Counted from the first letter of the whole stretch, positions 12,080-22,089 are shown. The stretch: 63,539 bases of DNA, filler included, from Mycoplasmatota bacterium (GCA_012727915.1; 7 parts of 7 records of this genome joined end to end with filler, not necessarily neighbours in it); one strand, 5' to 3'. Numbers and translations: made by a program. Notes: generated from the letters alone by a model not told the origin.

Positions 12080-12475
12080 ATGGAATTTAGTAAAAATCAA
12101 ATTGAATCCTTAAAACTATTAGCAAAGGTTATGGAAGAAAAAACTAAAACAAAAAAAGAAAAAATTGAAAATCATTTTTTTAATATTATTACTATGATGT
12201 GTAGCGATAATGAAAATAATAATTTTAGCGAAGACAAAGAAATATTATCAACAACAATTATAAGAAATGAAGAAAACGAAACGATAGATCAATACGATTA
12301 TTTTATTAAACTTAGAAATATATTCAATATTAAATGTTCAATGGATTCTGATAATATAAAATATTTGGCTTATCTTTCTGATTTAGACAAGTTAAAAGAT
12401 ACAATACTATCAATAGAAAATCAAGATTTGTTTTCATCTTTATCTAATAATGGCGCATTATTGCATAGACCATAA
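12080..12475 (+). CDS. Hypothetical protein (paralogue of previous gene)
   Basis: 131-aa ORF, AGGGGG RBS, followed by palindromic terminator AAAAACATTTTAAAATGTTTTT. Confidence 0.7.
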   Translation: MEFSKNQIESLKLLAKVMEEKTKTKKEKIENHFFNIITMMCSDNENNNFSEDKEILSTTIIRNEENETIDQYDYFIKLRNIFNIKCSMDSDNIKYLAYLSDLDKLKDTILSIENQDLFSSLSNNGALLHRP

Positions 12476-12534
12476 AAACATTTTAAAATGTTTTTTTTTA
12501 TTTATAAGTGATATAATTTTTATATGGAGGCATT

Positions 12535-13494
12535 ATGAAATATAAAGTAGTTACCTTAGGTGGCGGAACTGGAATGAGTTCTTTACTTAAAGGATTAAAG
12601 AAATTTCCTTTTGATATATCTTCTATAGTATCTGTTTGTGATGATGGAAAAAGTACAGGAAGATTAAGAGAAGAATTTGGAATACCCGCTGTAGGAGATG
12701 TAAGAAAAGTGTTGGTAGCGCTCTCTGAAGTTGAACCCTTAGTAGAAGAGTTATTTGATTATAGATTTTCAAATGGAAATGGTTTAAGTGGGCATACAAC
12801 AGGAAACTTATTATTAACTGCCGCTACAAATATATGTGGAAATATGAGTGATGGCATTGAAGCATTATCTAAAATATTAAATTTAAATGGAAAAGTAATA
12901 CCATTAACTGAAGAAAATGTTCATTTGATTGCAAAAACTAAAGATGGTTTAATAATTGAAGGAGAACATAATATAACACAAGCAAAAAAAGTAATTAAAT
13001 CTGTTTATTATAAAGAAAATCCTAAAGTTAATGAAAAAGCTTTGAATGCTATTAAAGAAGCTGATTTAATAATATTAAGCATGGGATCATTGTATACAAG
13101 CGTTATTCCAAACTTATTAATAAAAGAATTAATTACTGAAATTGATAAATCAAAAGCTCCTATTATGTATTCATGCAATATGATGACTCAACCTGGAGAA
13201 ACCGATAATTTTAAAGTAAGTAATCATATAAAACTACTTAATAAATATTTAGGTAAAAAGAAAATATCTGTAGTAATTGCAAATAATAAAATAATTGATA
13301 AAGAAATAAAAAATAGATATGAATCATTAGAACAAAAAGATCAAGTATTACTTGATAAAAACAATTTAAAGAATATAGAAATAATTGAAGAGGATTTCTT
13401 TATAATTGAAAATAATTTAATAAGACATGATTCAATAAAACTAGGTTTATCAATATTCTCTTATATGTTAGAAAAAGAAAGAAATCATAATTGA
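12535..13494 (+). CDS. yvcK: YvcK/CofD-like UDP-sugar-binding gluconeogenesis and morphogenesis factor
   Basis: VVTLGGGTG, VCDDGKSTGRLR, GHTTGNL, GSLYTSVIPNL, NMMTQPGETD, IRHD. Confidence 0.95.
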   Translation: MKYKVVTLGGGTGMSSLLKGLKKFPFDISSIVSVCDDGKSTGRLREEFGIPAVGDVRKVLVALSEVEPLVEELFDYRFSNGNGLSGHTTGNLLLTAATNICGNMSDGIEALSKILNLNGKVIPLTEENVHLIAKTKDGLIIEGEHNITQAKKVIKSVYYKENPKVNEKALNAIKEADLIILSMGSLYTSVIPNLLIKELITEIDKSKAPIMYSCNMMTQPGETDNFKVSNHIKLLNKYLGKKKISVVIANNKIIDKEIKNRYESLEQKDQVLLDKNNLKNIEIIEEDFFIIENNLIRHDSIKLGLSIFSYMLEKERNHN

Positions 13495-13507
13495 TTTCTT
13501 TCTTTTA
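13472..13507. terminator. Bidirectional intrinsic terminator
   Basis: AAAAAGAAAGAAATCA-TAAT-TGATTTCTTTCTTTTT perfect 16-bp stem between convergent genes. Confidence 0.8.
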
Positions 13508-13553
13508 TAATAACATTTTAATTCTTTATATTTCTACATTATACTAAAATAAA

Positions 13554-14105
13554 TTAAAATATCTTTTTTATTGTTCCTTCTTTCAAATTTAAACAATGTA
13601 AAGATGCATGAGTAACACCAAATCTTTTTTTATCCATATCTAATGATACATCATTTAAAATATAATAAAACATATTAATAACCCCTCTATGAGTTATTAA
13701 TAAAACATTATCATAATCTTTTATTATATCTATTAGTTTATTAATTCTATTATATAAATCTCTTAAACTTTCTCCATTAGGATATTTTTTATCAACATCT
13801 ATACTCTCCATAAATTCTTTATATCTGACGTTAGCAATCTCCCTATCCATTCCATTTGCATCTCCTTTATTTTGTTCTCTTAAAAGAGATGTGTATTCAA
13901 TAGGAACATTCAGATAAGAATTAATAATATTAGATGTAGTTATTGCTCTTTTTACATCACTAGAATAAATTTTTTTAATTTCTAAATCTTTTATTAATGC
14001 TGCTACTTTATTAACCTGATCAATACCTTCATTAGTTAAATCAACATTACTCCACCCACCAACAAAATTTTCATCGTCTAAACCATGTCTCAATAAATAA
14101 ATCAT
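13554..14105 (-). CDS. Histidine phosphatase (phosphoglycerate mutase family)
   Basis: YLLRHG, YSSDVKRA, LREQNKG, PNGES, LITHRG. Confidence 0.92.
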   Translation of the reverse strand: MIYLLRHGLDDENFVGGWSNVDLTNEGIDQVNKVAALIKDLEIKKIYSSDVKRAITTSNIINSYLNVPIEYTSLLREQNKGDANGMDREIANVRYKEFMESIDVDKKYPNGESLRDLYNRINKLIDIIKDYDNVLLITHRGVINMFYYILNDVSLDMDKKRFGVTHASLHCLNLKEGTIKKIF

Positions 14106-14128
14106 AATTCTCCCTAATTAATAAAAAT

Positions 14129-14521
14129 TTATATTTTTTTACCTTCTGTAACTTCATTCATTTTTTTATCTATATATTCTTTTAAACTTATTTCTGTATT
14201 TCCAACTCCTATTAAAACACTATTACCCTTATCATCATTATCAACAAAGTTAACAATACCAAGAGACTCTAAATCACCATTTGGAATATAATATCTAACA
14301 TCACTTTTTTCATCTAATTCTAAAATATAAAAATCTCCATAAGTAAGCGAGTCCGCTACTTGAACATATTTATTTCCATATTTTTTTAACAAATCAAAAT
14401 CAACAGGAATTTTAAAAACTACTGGATATATACCATTTTCAAACATTGAAACTAATTCTTTTAAATCTGTAGGTTCATTAAAATTTACTGTCATACCTTT
14501 TACTAATTCATTTTCATTCAT
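14129..14521 (-). CDS. Hypothetical protein
   Basis: ORF with GGAGG before ATG 14521. Confidence 0.7.
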   Translation of the reverse strand: MNENELVKGMTVNFNEPTDLKELVSMFENGIYPVVFKIPVDFDLLKKYGNKYVQVADSLTYGDFYILELDEKSDVRYYIPNGDLESLGIVNFVDNDDKGNSVLIGVGNTEISLKEYIDKKMNEVTEGKKI

Positions 14522-14604
14522 AAATCCTCCATAATTATACTTTATCATAATAATATATTTAAAAAAATAAAAACTATAATATTTCTACTATAGTTTTATT
14601 TATA

Positions 14605-14757
14605 TTATAAAATTTCGCTATTATCATTTGGTTCTTGAACTGGTGCTGGTTCTACATTCATTGTTGGTGTTACTGGTTCTTGAACTGGTGCTGGTTCTAC
14701 ATTCATTGTAGGCATTACTGGTTCTTGAACTGGTGCTGTTTCTACATTCATTGTTGG
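14605..14757 (-). repeat. 3' end of a truncated CDS made of 45-bp (15-aa) Pro-rich tandem repeats
   Basis: PTMNVETAPVQEPVM-PTMNVEPAPVQEPVT-PTMNVEPAPVQEP-NDNSEIL*; units start at 14629, 14674, 14719; contig ends inside the array. Confidence 0.9.
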
Positions 14758-14857
14758 NNNNNNNNNNNNNNNNNNNNNNNNNNNNNNNNNNNNNNNNNNN
14801 NTTAATTAATTAANNNNNNNNNNNNNNNNNNNNNNNNNNNNNNNNNNNNNNNNNNNN
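14758..14857. other. Artificial contig spacer
   Basis: N44-TTAATTAATTAA-N44 (stops in all six frames). Confidence 0.99.
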
Positions 14858-14859
14858 AT

Positions 14860-15528
14860 AAACAAGCATTAAATATTACAAGTGAAAATGATTATGGTTT
14901 CAAGATAAAAGGATTAAATGTTGAAGAAAACACTTCAAACGATGAAGAAGAATTTGAAATATTAAGTTTTGATAATAAGTTGTATATTTATTATTCAAAT
15001 ACTTATTATGAATTAGAAGTTAATAAGTTAGGATATAAATCTTCAAATACATATTATAAAGTAAATTTATTAGAAGAAAAATATATAAGTAATATTAATT
15101 TGGAATTAAAGGCATTTAATAATAATATAAAAACAAATATTGAAAATAATACTTATGATATATATATTGTTGGATATGAAGAAATAATAAATGGAGATAT
15201 AATACACTTGATTGTTAAAGAATCTTTTGGTGGAGTTAATTCTGAGATTACTACAAAGACAATAGTATTTGCGTTTAATAAAAACACCGGTGAGAAAGTT
15301 AATTTAAAAGCTTATATAGAGCATATTAATGAAGATTATGATGATATAATAGATAAATATGAGACTAATAGGGAAAAGATATTTGAAGAGAGCATAATGG
15401 GAATAATTACAAAATATGAAACTAGTCCAGATTTAGTATATTATGCTAAAGATAATAAATTATATATTTCATGTGGAACAGATAGTTATGGTATCTTGTT
15501 CGCAGAAGTTAATATAGGAGGAGAATAA
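14860..15528 (+). CDS. Hypothetical protein, 5' truncated (possibly extracellular)
   Basis: Frame open from contig edge into ORF 14980..15528. Confidence 0.7.
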   Translation, partial: KQALNITSENDYGFKIKGLNVEENTSNDEEEFEILSFDNKLYIYYSNTYYELEVNKLGYKSSNTYYKVNLLEEKYISNINLELKAFNNNIKTNIENNTYDIYIVGYEEIINGDIIHLIVKESFGGVNSEITTKTIVFAFNKNTGEKVNLKAYIEHINEDYDDIIDKYETNREKIFEESIMGIITKYETSPDLVYYAKDNKLYISCGTDSYGILFAEVNIGGE

Positions 15529-15806
15529 TGAAAGATTTTGAACAAAAAGTAGAATTTAAGGATGAGAATGGAAATTCATTCGATATGATAATTTTAAAAG
15601 AATTTTCTCATAAAGATAAAAAATATGCGGTTTTAATGGAAGATAAATCATGTGAGCATCATGATTGTGATGGATGTGAAAAAAATTTAGTATTGTTAGA
15701 AATTACTAATGACAAAGATGGCAAAGAAGTATTTGTTAAGATAAAAGATCAAAAATTATTTGATGAAATTGTAGCTGTTGCAGAAGAAGAAATGTATAAA
15801 GATTAA
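15528..15806 (+). CDS. DUF1292 family small acidic protein
   Basis: VEFKDENGN..F..KKYAVL...EVFVKIKDQKLFDEI; AGGAGG RBS; internal CEHHDCDGC. Confidence 0.75.
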   Translation: MKDFEQKVEFKDENGNSFDMIILKEFSHKDKKYAVLMEDKSCEHHDCDGCEKNLVLLEITNDKDGKEVFVKIKDQKLFDEIVAVAEEEMYKD

Positions 15807-15900
15807 TGTGTAAAAAAAGATATTAGATTAATTAATATCGTTTGGTAATTAAAAACTTAAAAAAATAGAAATATATGATAATATATAATTAGGAGGAATT

Positions 15901-16098
15901 ATGAAAAAGAAAAAAAATAAAAGTAATAATAACTTTATATCTAAACTAAAAAAATTACCACTTTCCACTAAAATATTATTGTCAGTCATCTTGTTAGTAA
16001 CATCATTTATAGGATTTAGTTTATCATTTTATTTGGGTGGAGAAACTTTTGAATTTGTAAACGAATTAATAAATGATTTTGATAGAATTATGATGTAA
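15901..16098 (+). CDS. Small single-pass membrane protein
   Basis: AGGAGG RBS; basic N-terminus then one TM helix. Confidence 0.65.
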   Translation: MKKKKNKSNNNFISKLKKLPLSTKILLSVILLVTSFIGFSLSFYLGGETFEFVNELINDFDRIMM

Positions 16099-16117
16099 TT
16101 AAAAAAAGAAATATTGA

Positions 16118-17146
16118 TCATTTCTTTTTTTTGAATACCCATTCTCTTTGAATTATAAAGTTAATGACAAATATTATTATATCAACAAATACTTTTATAA
16201 TAATTGATGATATATTAATTATTTTTGATAAAAAGGTTACAGATAAACCTGATACAAACATTTGAATTATAACTAATAAAAAGTATTTGTATTTAGAACT
16301 TTTTGATGATTTGTGAAATATTATTTTATTTATTGAAAAATTATACATAGATGAAATTATTCTTCCAATAATAGTTGCTATTAATATGTTTTCTTTTGTA
16401 TTAATTATATTTAATAGTAAAGTAAATAATATTATATCTAAAAGAAAAGCACTTAAGGATGAAGCAATATATTTTAAAAACAATTTATATATAGAGATAG
16501 AATCTTTTAAAGGATTAAAATGAGAGGTTTTATTTTCGTCAATATATATTGTTTTAATTTTAACTTCTTTTATGTCAATATTATGTTCTTTACAATCTAT
16601 TAACATATTTGTTTCATATTCGTATCTTTCACCTTTTGTTTTTAAAAATATCTTTGCGGTTTCACTACTAAAACCTCTTAAACCAGTTTGTGTATCAGTA
16701 ATGTTTAATCCAATAAATATTTTAAATACATTTCTTGTAATTTTATTTCCAAATTTGCTTTTAGTAGGTACATTATATTTATTGAAATTTCTAACACCTA
16801 TTATTAATGAACTTGGATTTTTTATTGTTTTATCAACACATTTTTTTATATCATCTACAGAATGTTGCCCATCACAATCAGCTGTTACAGCAACTTCAAA
16901 ATTTGGATGATCTTCTAATAAATAATTGAAGGCAGTTTTAATTGCTCTTCCTTTTCCTTGATTAATATGATGAGTTAAAACTATATAATCATTTTTTAGT
17001 TTATCAAAAAAATAATTATAATTTTCATCACTTCCATCATTAATTATTATAATATTATTAAAACTTTTTTTTAATTTTTTTAAAAATTCATTCATAATAT
17101 TTTGATCAGGATTATATGAAGGAATAATTATATATACATTTTTCAT
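16118..17146 (-). CDS. GT2 glycosyltransferase fused to GtrA-like domain
   Basis: IIIPSYNPD, INDGS, NQGKGRA, TADCDGQH, DTQTGLRGF; four C-terminal TMs ending NFIIQREWVF. Confidence 0.92.
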   Translation of the reverse strand: MKNVYIIIPSYNPDQNIMNEFLKKLKKSFNNIIIINDGSDENYNYFFDKLKNDYIVLTHHINQGKGRAIKTAFNYLLEDHPNFEVAVTADCDGQHSVDDIKKCVDKTIKNPSSLIIGVRNFNKYNVPTKSKFGNKITRNVFKIFIGLNITDTQTGLRGFSSETAKIFLKTKGERYEYETNMLIDCKEHNIDIKEVKIKTIYIDENKTSHFNPLKDSISIYKLFLKYIASSLSAFLLDIILFTLLLNIINTKENILIATIIGRIISSMYNFSINKIIFHKSSKSSKYKYFLLVIIQMFVSGLSVTFLSKIINISSIIIKVFVDIIIFVINFIIQREWVFKKKK

Positions 17147-17232
17147 TTCATACCTATTCTAATAAAATACATTTAATTTTATCAAACATATTTTATCATA
17201 TTTATATAATTTCAACAAATAATTGATTTTAC

Positions 17233-17260
17233 TTGACAAAGCCACTTTTATCATTATAAT
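17233..17260 (+). promoter_or_regulatory. Consensus SigA promoter
   Basis: TTGACA-16 bp-TATAAT. Confidence 0.7.
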
Positions 17261-17294
17261 ATATCTCTTCGATTATGAAGAGAAGGGGGTATCT

Positions 17295-17627
17295 ATGAGC
17301 AACAAATTGGATATATCTAGAACTAATGATTATAATTATATGCTTGATCAATTAAGAATTAAATATTATTATTATAATGAAGCAACAAAGTCATTAAAAA
17401 TTAAAGTTGATTTTTGTTTAGAAGCTATATATCAATGTATAAGTCAAACTAATGAATATAGTGAATTAGATAGATTATTAAGACAAAAAGCATTTGTTCA
17501 ATATGTGAAAAAAGAATCAAATATCAATTTCACATTAGATCAAAGAAGTGATACTCCAGTTGTTAAAATTAAACAAAAAAACAAACCAATATTAATGAAT
17601 ATTAACAATATTAAAAGAGCTGCTTAG
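17295..17627 (+). CDS. Hypothetical protein, monocistronic
   Basis: AAGGGGG RBS then ATG 17295; own promoter; downstream AAAGAGA-GAAA-TCTCTTT hairpin with T-run. Confidence 0.7.
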   Translation: MSNKLDISRTNDYNYMLDQLRIKYYYYNEATKSLKIKVDFCLEAIYQCISQTNEYSELDRLLRQKAFVQYVKKESNINFTLDQRSDTPVVKIKQKNKPILMNINNIKRAA

Positions 17628-17687
17628 TCAAAGAGAGAAATCTCTTTTTTTTATTAAAAAAATGTTATAATATAAATAGGTGATATC

Positions 17688-17969
17688 ATGGATGAGTTTG
17701 GTTCATTAAAAGAATTGTATATTAAAATTAGACCAGCTTTAATATTAAAAAAAGATGAATTACATAAACAAGGTATGAAACAAATAGTAGAAGCTGATAT
17801 TTGGAACTATTTAAAAAAGAAAAAATGGATGAATACTATCGATTTATCTTTAAGTGAGATGGTAAATGATATTTTAGAATTAGATTCTGAAGAATTAGAT
17901 ATATTTACTAAAAAAGAATTATCAAAAATAGAAAGAGTATTAGATATTGAGGAAATACTAGATCTTTAG
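17688..17969 (+). CDS. ComN-like post-transcriptional regulator
   Basis: PALILKKDEL...DIWNYLKKKKW...LSEMVNDIL; position upstream of rel. Confidence 0.75.
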   Translation: MDEFGSLKELYIKIRPALILKKDELHKQGMKQIVEADIWNYLKKKKWMNTIDLSLSEMVNDILELDSEELDIFTKKELSKIERVLDIEEILDL

Positions 17970-17977
17970 GAGGAATA

Positions 17978-20128
17978 ATGGAATATGAAGAGATAACTAC
18001 TAAGGAAGAATTAATTGAAAGCGCTAAAAAATATATTACAGATGAAGATGAATTAAATATTATCTCTAAAGCATTTGATTACTCTATAGAAAAAAATACA
18101 GAAAATAAAAGATTAGATGGAAGTTTAGAGTTTTTGCATCCATTAAATGTTGCATATATACTTACTAAGATTAATATAGATTATGCTACTATATCAGCAT
18201 CTTTGTTGCATGAATTAGATTTAAATGAAGATATAGAAAAAGAATTTGGAAAAGAAATATATAACATAGTATCTGGTGTAAGAAAGATTAACAGAGTTAA
18301 TATATCAGCAGATTCTTTATATTTGATAAATTATTATAAAAAAATATTAGTGGGTTTATGTGAGGATGTAAGAGTAATAATTATTAAACTTGCAGATAGG
18401 TTAGAAAATACTAGAAATCTTTGGATGTTAGATGAAGAAACTCAAAAGAAAGAAGCCAAAGAAACATTGGAAATATTATCTCCTATTTCTCATCATTTGG
18501 GAATGAATTTTTTAAAACAAGAACTTGAAGATTTAAGTTTAAGATATTATAAACCTGAAATTTATTATGATATAGTTAAGAATTTAAATAATACAAAAAT
18601 AGAAAGAGATAATTCTATTTTAGAGATGAAAGAAAATATTTCAAATATACTAATTGAACACTCTATTAAACATGAAATAAAGGGTAGAAGTAAGAGTATT
18701 TATAGTATTTATTCTAAATTAGAAAAAGGAAAAAGATTTAAAGATATATATGATATATTAGCACTTAGAGTATATGTGGAAACTGAAGCTGATTGTTATT
18801 TAACATTAGGTTTAATTCATTCTAAATATAAACCTTTATCTAATAGATTTAAAGATTATATTGCAATGCCAAAAGAAAATATGTATCAATCGTTGCATAC
18901 TACTATTTTTGGAGTAGATGGATATTTATTTGAGGTTCAAATTAGAACATATGAAATGGATAAAATAGCGGAATATGGAATTGCGTCTCATTGGGCATAT
19001 AAAGAAAAAAAAGATGCATCAGTGGCTCTAAAAAACACTGTAGAACAAAAGTTACAACTATTTAGAAGTATTATTGAAAGCAGTAATGAAAACATGTCTA
19101 ATGAAGAGTTTAAAGATTCAGTAGAACAAGAAGTTTTGAGAGATGAAATATATGTATATACTCCAAAAGGAGATGTTATTGAGTTGCCATTAGGAAGTAC
19201 TCCAATAGATTTTGCTTATAGAGTTCATACTGATGTTGGAGATAAAATGATAGGAGCACTAGTAAATGATAATATTGTTCCTTTAAATTTTGAATTAAAA
19301 GATGGAGATATAGTAAAGATTAATATCAATAAAAATTCAACAGGTCCAAGTAAAGAGTGGATTAATATGGTTAAAACATCTCAAGCAAAATCAAGAATAA
19401 AATCTTTTTTTACAAAAATTAATAGAGAAGAAACTATTAAAAAAGGTGAAGAATTATTAAATAAAGAATTAAAGAAAAATAAGATACCTAATACAATATT
19501 TTTTAATGAAGAAAATATTAATAATTTAATAAAAACATTAAGTGAGAATTCATTAGAAGAAATATATTATTGTATTGGAAATAGCAAATATAGCGCTAGT
19601 TATATTGTGGGATTGTATAAAAAAGAAACAATAACTAAAGAAGAAATTGTTTTAAATAAATTATCACAAGCTAATGTTAAAAAAGAAACAAATAAAAATG
19701 ATATTATTGTCGCAGGAATAGATGAAATTAAAGTATCTTTAGCTAATTGTTGTAAACCTATTAAAGGTGATGAAGTTATTGGTTATATTACTAAAGGAAA
19801 AGGTATTACAGTACATAGAGTAAATTGTCATAATATTTCAAATATTGAAGAAAGATTAATAGAAATAGAATGGAATAAAGAGTCTCAAAATAAATTTCCA
19901 ACAAATATTATGATAACAACAGAAAAAAGCGATAATTTCTTATTAGACCTCATTGCAAAAGCATCTACATATTCTATAATTATTCAATATATTCAAACAA
20001 TAGTTAATATTGATAAAAATATATATGATATTATTATATTAGTAAAGGATTTAGAAACTTTAAAAAAATTTATGAACGATGTTTCTCAAATAAAACAAGT
20101 TAATAATATAGAAAGAGTAATAAAATGA
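17978..20128 (+). CDS. rel: Long RelA/SpoT homologue (degenerate HD, SYNTH, TGS, ZFD, ACT)
   Basis: GRSKSIYSI, DIYDILALRV, RFKDYIAMPK, YQSLHTT, EVQIRT, TPIDFAYRVHT, LANCCKP..VHRVNC. Confidence 0.96.
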   Translation: MEYEEITTKEELIESAKKYITDEDELNIISKAFDYSIEKNTENKRLDGSLEFLHPLNVAYILTKINIDYATISASLLHELDLNEDIEKEFGKEIYNIVSGVRKINRVNISADSLYLINYYKKILVGLCEDVRVIIIKLADRLENTRNLWMLDEETQKKEAKETLEILSPISHHLGMNFLKQELEDLSLRYYKPEIYYDIVKNLNNTKIERDNSILEMKENISNILIEHSIKHEIKGRSKSIYSIYSKLEKGKRFKDIYDILALRVYVETEADCYLTLGLIHSKYKPLSNRFKDYIAMPKENMYQSLHTTIFGVDGYLFEVQIRTYEMDKIAEYGIASHWAYKEKKDASVALKNTVEQKLQLFRSIIESSNENMSNEEFKDSVEQEVLRDEIYVYTPKGDVIELPLGSTPIDFAYRVHTDVGDKMIGALVNDNIVPLNFELKDGDIVKININKNSTGPSKEWINMVKTSQAKSRIKSFFTKINREETIKKGEELLNKELKKNKIPNTIFFNEENINNLIKTLSENSLEEIYYCIGNSKYSASYIVGLYKKETITKEEIVLNKLSQANVKKETNKNDIIVAGIDEIKVSLANCCKPIKGDEVIGYITKGKGITVHRVNCHNISNIEERLIEIEWNKESQNKFPTNIMITTEKSDNFLLDLIAKASTYSIIIQYIQTIVNIDKNIYDIIILVKDLETLKKFMNDVSQIKQVNNIERVIK

Positions 20129-20565
20129 GAGTTATAGTTCAAAGAAGTAAAGAATCAAATGTATTAGTTAATAATAAAGGAGTAGGAAAAATCGATAAAG
20201 GTTTAGTTTTATTGGTTGGTTTTCATATTGAAGATACAAAAAAAGAAGTAGAATTTATTGTAAACAAAGTGTTAAATTTAAGAATATTTGATGATAAAGA
20301 TGGTATTATGAATTTATCAATAAAAGATATTAATGGGTCTATTTTATCAATATCTCAATTTACTTTATATGGAGATACTAATAAAGGTAATAGACCGAGT
20401 TATCAAAATGCGATGAAGGGTTATAAAGCAATTGAATTATATGATTATTTTAATCAATTGTTAAAAGAACAAGTTAATTTAGAACAAGGCATATTTGGAG
20501 CTGAAATGGAAGTAAATATTTCTAATGATGGACCAGTTACTATTATCTTGGATAGTAGTAAATAA
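20125..20565 (+). CDS. dtd: D-aminoacyl-tRNA deacylase
   Basis: MRVIVQR, LRIFDD, SQFTL, NDGPVT; ATGA overlap with rel. Confidence 0.97.
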   Translation: MRVIVQRSKESNVLVNNKGVGKIDKGLVLLVGFHIEDTKKEVEFIVNKVLNLRIFDDKDGIMNLSIKDINGSILSISQFTLYGDTNKGNRPSYQNAMKGYKAIELYDYFNQLLKEQVNLEQGIFGAEMEVNISNDGPVTIILDSSK

Positions 20566-20682
20566 AATTGATTTATCTATATATAATTAAAATTTTATTT
20601 ACATAATAATTTAAAAAAGTGTAAAATAATATTGAATAAATAAATGAGATGCTTTATAATCAAAGTAGAAAGGTAGGAAAAA

Positions 20683-21372
20683 ATGAATAATATTTCAATT
20701 AATCCAAGAGAATTGGAAACTCAAGCAGTTTCTTTTGTGAAAACCTATACAGATGAAGTTGAAGGAGTAGTTAAGAGAATTGGAGATCAAATCGATTTAA
20801 TTAAAGCGGATTGGAAAGGAAAAACCGGAGCTACAACAATACCAATGATAGCTAATACTGCAAATGAAGTTTTTTATGTAGCAAAAATAATAACAAATAT
20901 TGGTCAAAATATTGCGGCAGTCGCAAAATTTATTGCTAAGAGGGATGAAGTTGGTTCAAATACTGGAGGTAGTTGGGGAGTAACTGGAGCAGGAATAATA
21001 TCTGATTATGTACCTGTTAATCTTCCAGATCCTGTTGTTGATCAAAATACAGTAAATTGCACTACTGCAACCGAGACAGCAATTGGTAAAATTGGTACAG
21101 AAGTGAATAGTTTAAATGGAGTTTTATTGTCTGCAAAAAATAATTATACAACATTAAAATCTAGAGCCCAATGGACTGCAGGTTATAATAACATTGATGA
21201 ACATATAGTAAAACAATTTAATAATGGTGTTACAAAAGTTGAAAGATTAAGTAGTGCTATTAATAAGTTTCTAACTGAAGCAAAAGCTCAGATAGCAGAA
21301 TTAACAAGAAATGTTGAAGTTGGTTCTTCTGGTGGTGGAAATCCAAATGGCCCAATAGAAATGGAAATGTAA
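20683..21372 (+). CDS. Tandem WXG100-like protein
   Basis: ISINPRELE...IKADWKGKT in first ~100 aa; second helical hairpin with AQWTAG. Confidence 0.65.
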   Translation: MNNISINPRELETQAVSFVKTYTDEVEGVVKRIGDQIDLIKADWKGKTGATTIPMIANTANEVFYVAKIITNIGQNIAAVAKFIAKRDEVGSNTGGSWGVTGAGIISDYVPVNLPDPVVDQNTVNCTTATETAIGKIGTEVNSLNGVLLSAKNNYTTLKSRAQWTAGYNNIDEHIVKQFNNGVTKVERLSSAINKFLTEAKAQIAELTRNVEVGSSGGGNPNGPIEMEM

Positions 21373-21394
21373 ATAATTTATCTAAGGAGTTGCT

Positions 21395-21811
21395 ATGTAT
21401 GAAAATAATCTAAATTTAGTTAGCGCATCTACAGCAATTTCAAAACTAAATAAAATTAGAAAAGGATTATTAACTGAAAAGAATAACCTTGTAGTTTTGT
21501 TAGATGATAAAAATAATTTGTCATCTCTTTCTATTAATGCAAGAAAAGAAGAAATAAATGAATTCATTTCTAAAATTGATCCGGTATGTGCTAAAATAGA
21601 TTCGGTTGTTTCATCAATCAATAATAGCGTTGTTAAAGTAAATAAAGAAATTGAACTTAATAATATAAAATCAAAAACAACTACAAAAAGAGAAGGTACT
21701 GAATATGGAGGAAGAGAAAATTCTTTAGATGATACTCGAGAATCTAATGATACTAAAGTTGAAATAAAAAATTATAGTGGATACGGGAAATTACAACAAG
21801 AAAAATATTAA
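21395..21811 (+). CDS. Helical hypothetical protein, possible WXG100 partner
   Basis: AAGGAG RBS; amphipathic helices followed by charged tail. Confidence 0.6.
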   Translation: MYENNLNLVSASTAISKLNKIRKGLLTEKNNLVVLLDDKNNLSSLSINARKEEINEFISKIDPVCAKIDSVVSSINNSVVKVNKEIELNNIKSKTTTKREGTEYGGRENSLDDTRESNDTKVEIKNYSGYGKLQQEKY

Positions 21812-21839
21812 ACATATTATTTAATAATATGTTTTTTTT
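21810..21839 (+). terminator. Intrinsic terminator
   Basis: AAACATATTAT-TTA-ATAATATGTTT followed by T-run. Confidence 0.7.
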
Positions 21840-21989
21840 ATATATAGCATTTACTCACGATTAACAAGATTAAAACCATAATAAAACATGTAAACACATG
21901 TTTTTTTTATTGAATAAAATAATGTATAGTGTTACTATCAATATATATAATAGAGGATAGTATGAATGTAGAAATTGATTTTTTTAATA

Positions 21990-22089
21990 NNNNNNNNNNN
22001 NNNNNNNNNNNNNNNNNNNNNNNNNNNNNNNNNTTAATTAATTAANNNNNNNNNNNNNNNNNNNNNNNNNNNNNNNNNNNNNNNNNNNN
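21990..22089. other. Artificial contig spacer
   Basis: N44-TTAATTAATTAA-N44. Confidence 0.99.

Noticed and set aside
14629..14757. CRISPR array
   Set aside because: Repeats are contiguous, with no spacers, and in-frame coding; no cas genes in the window
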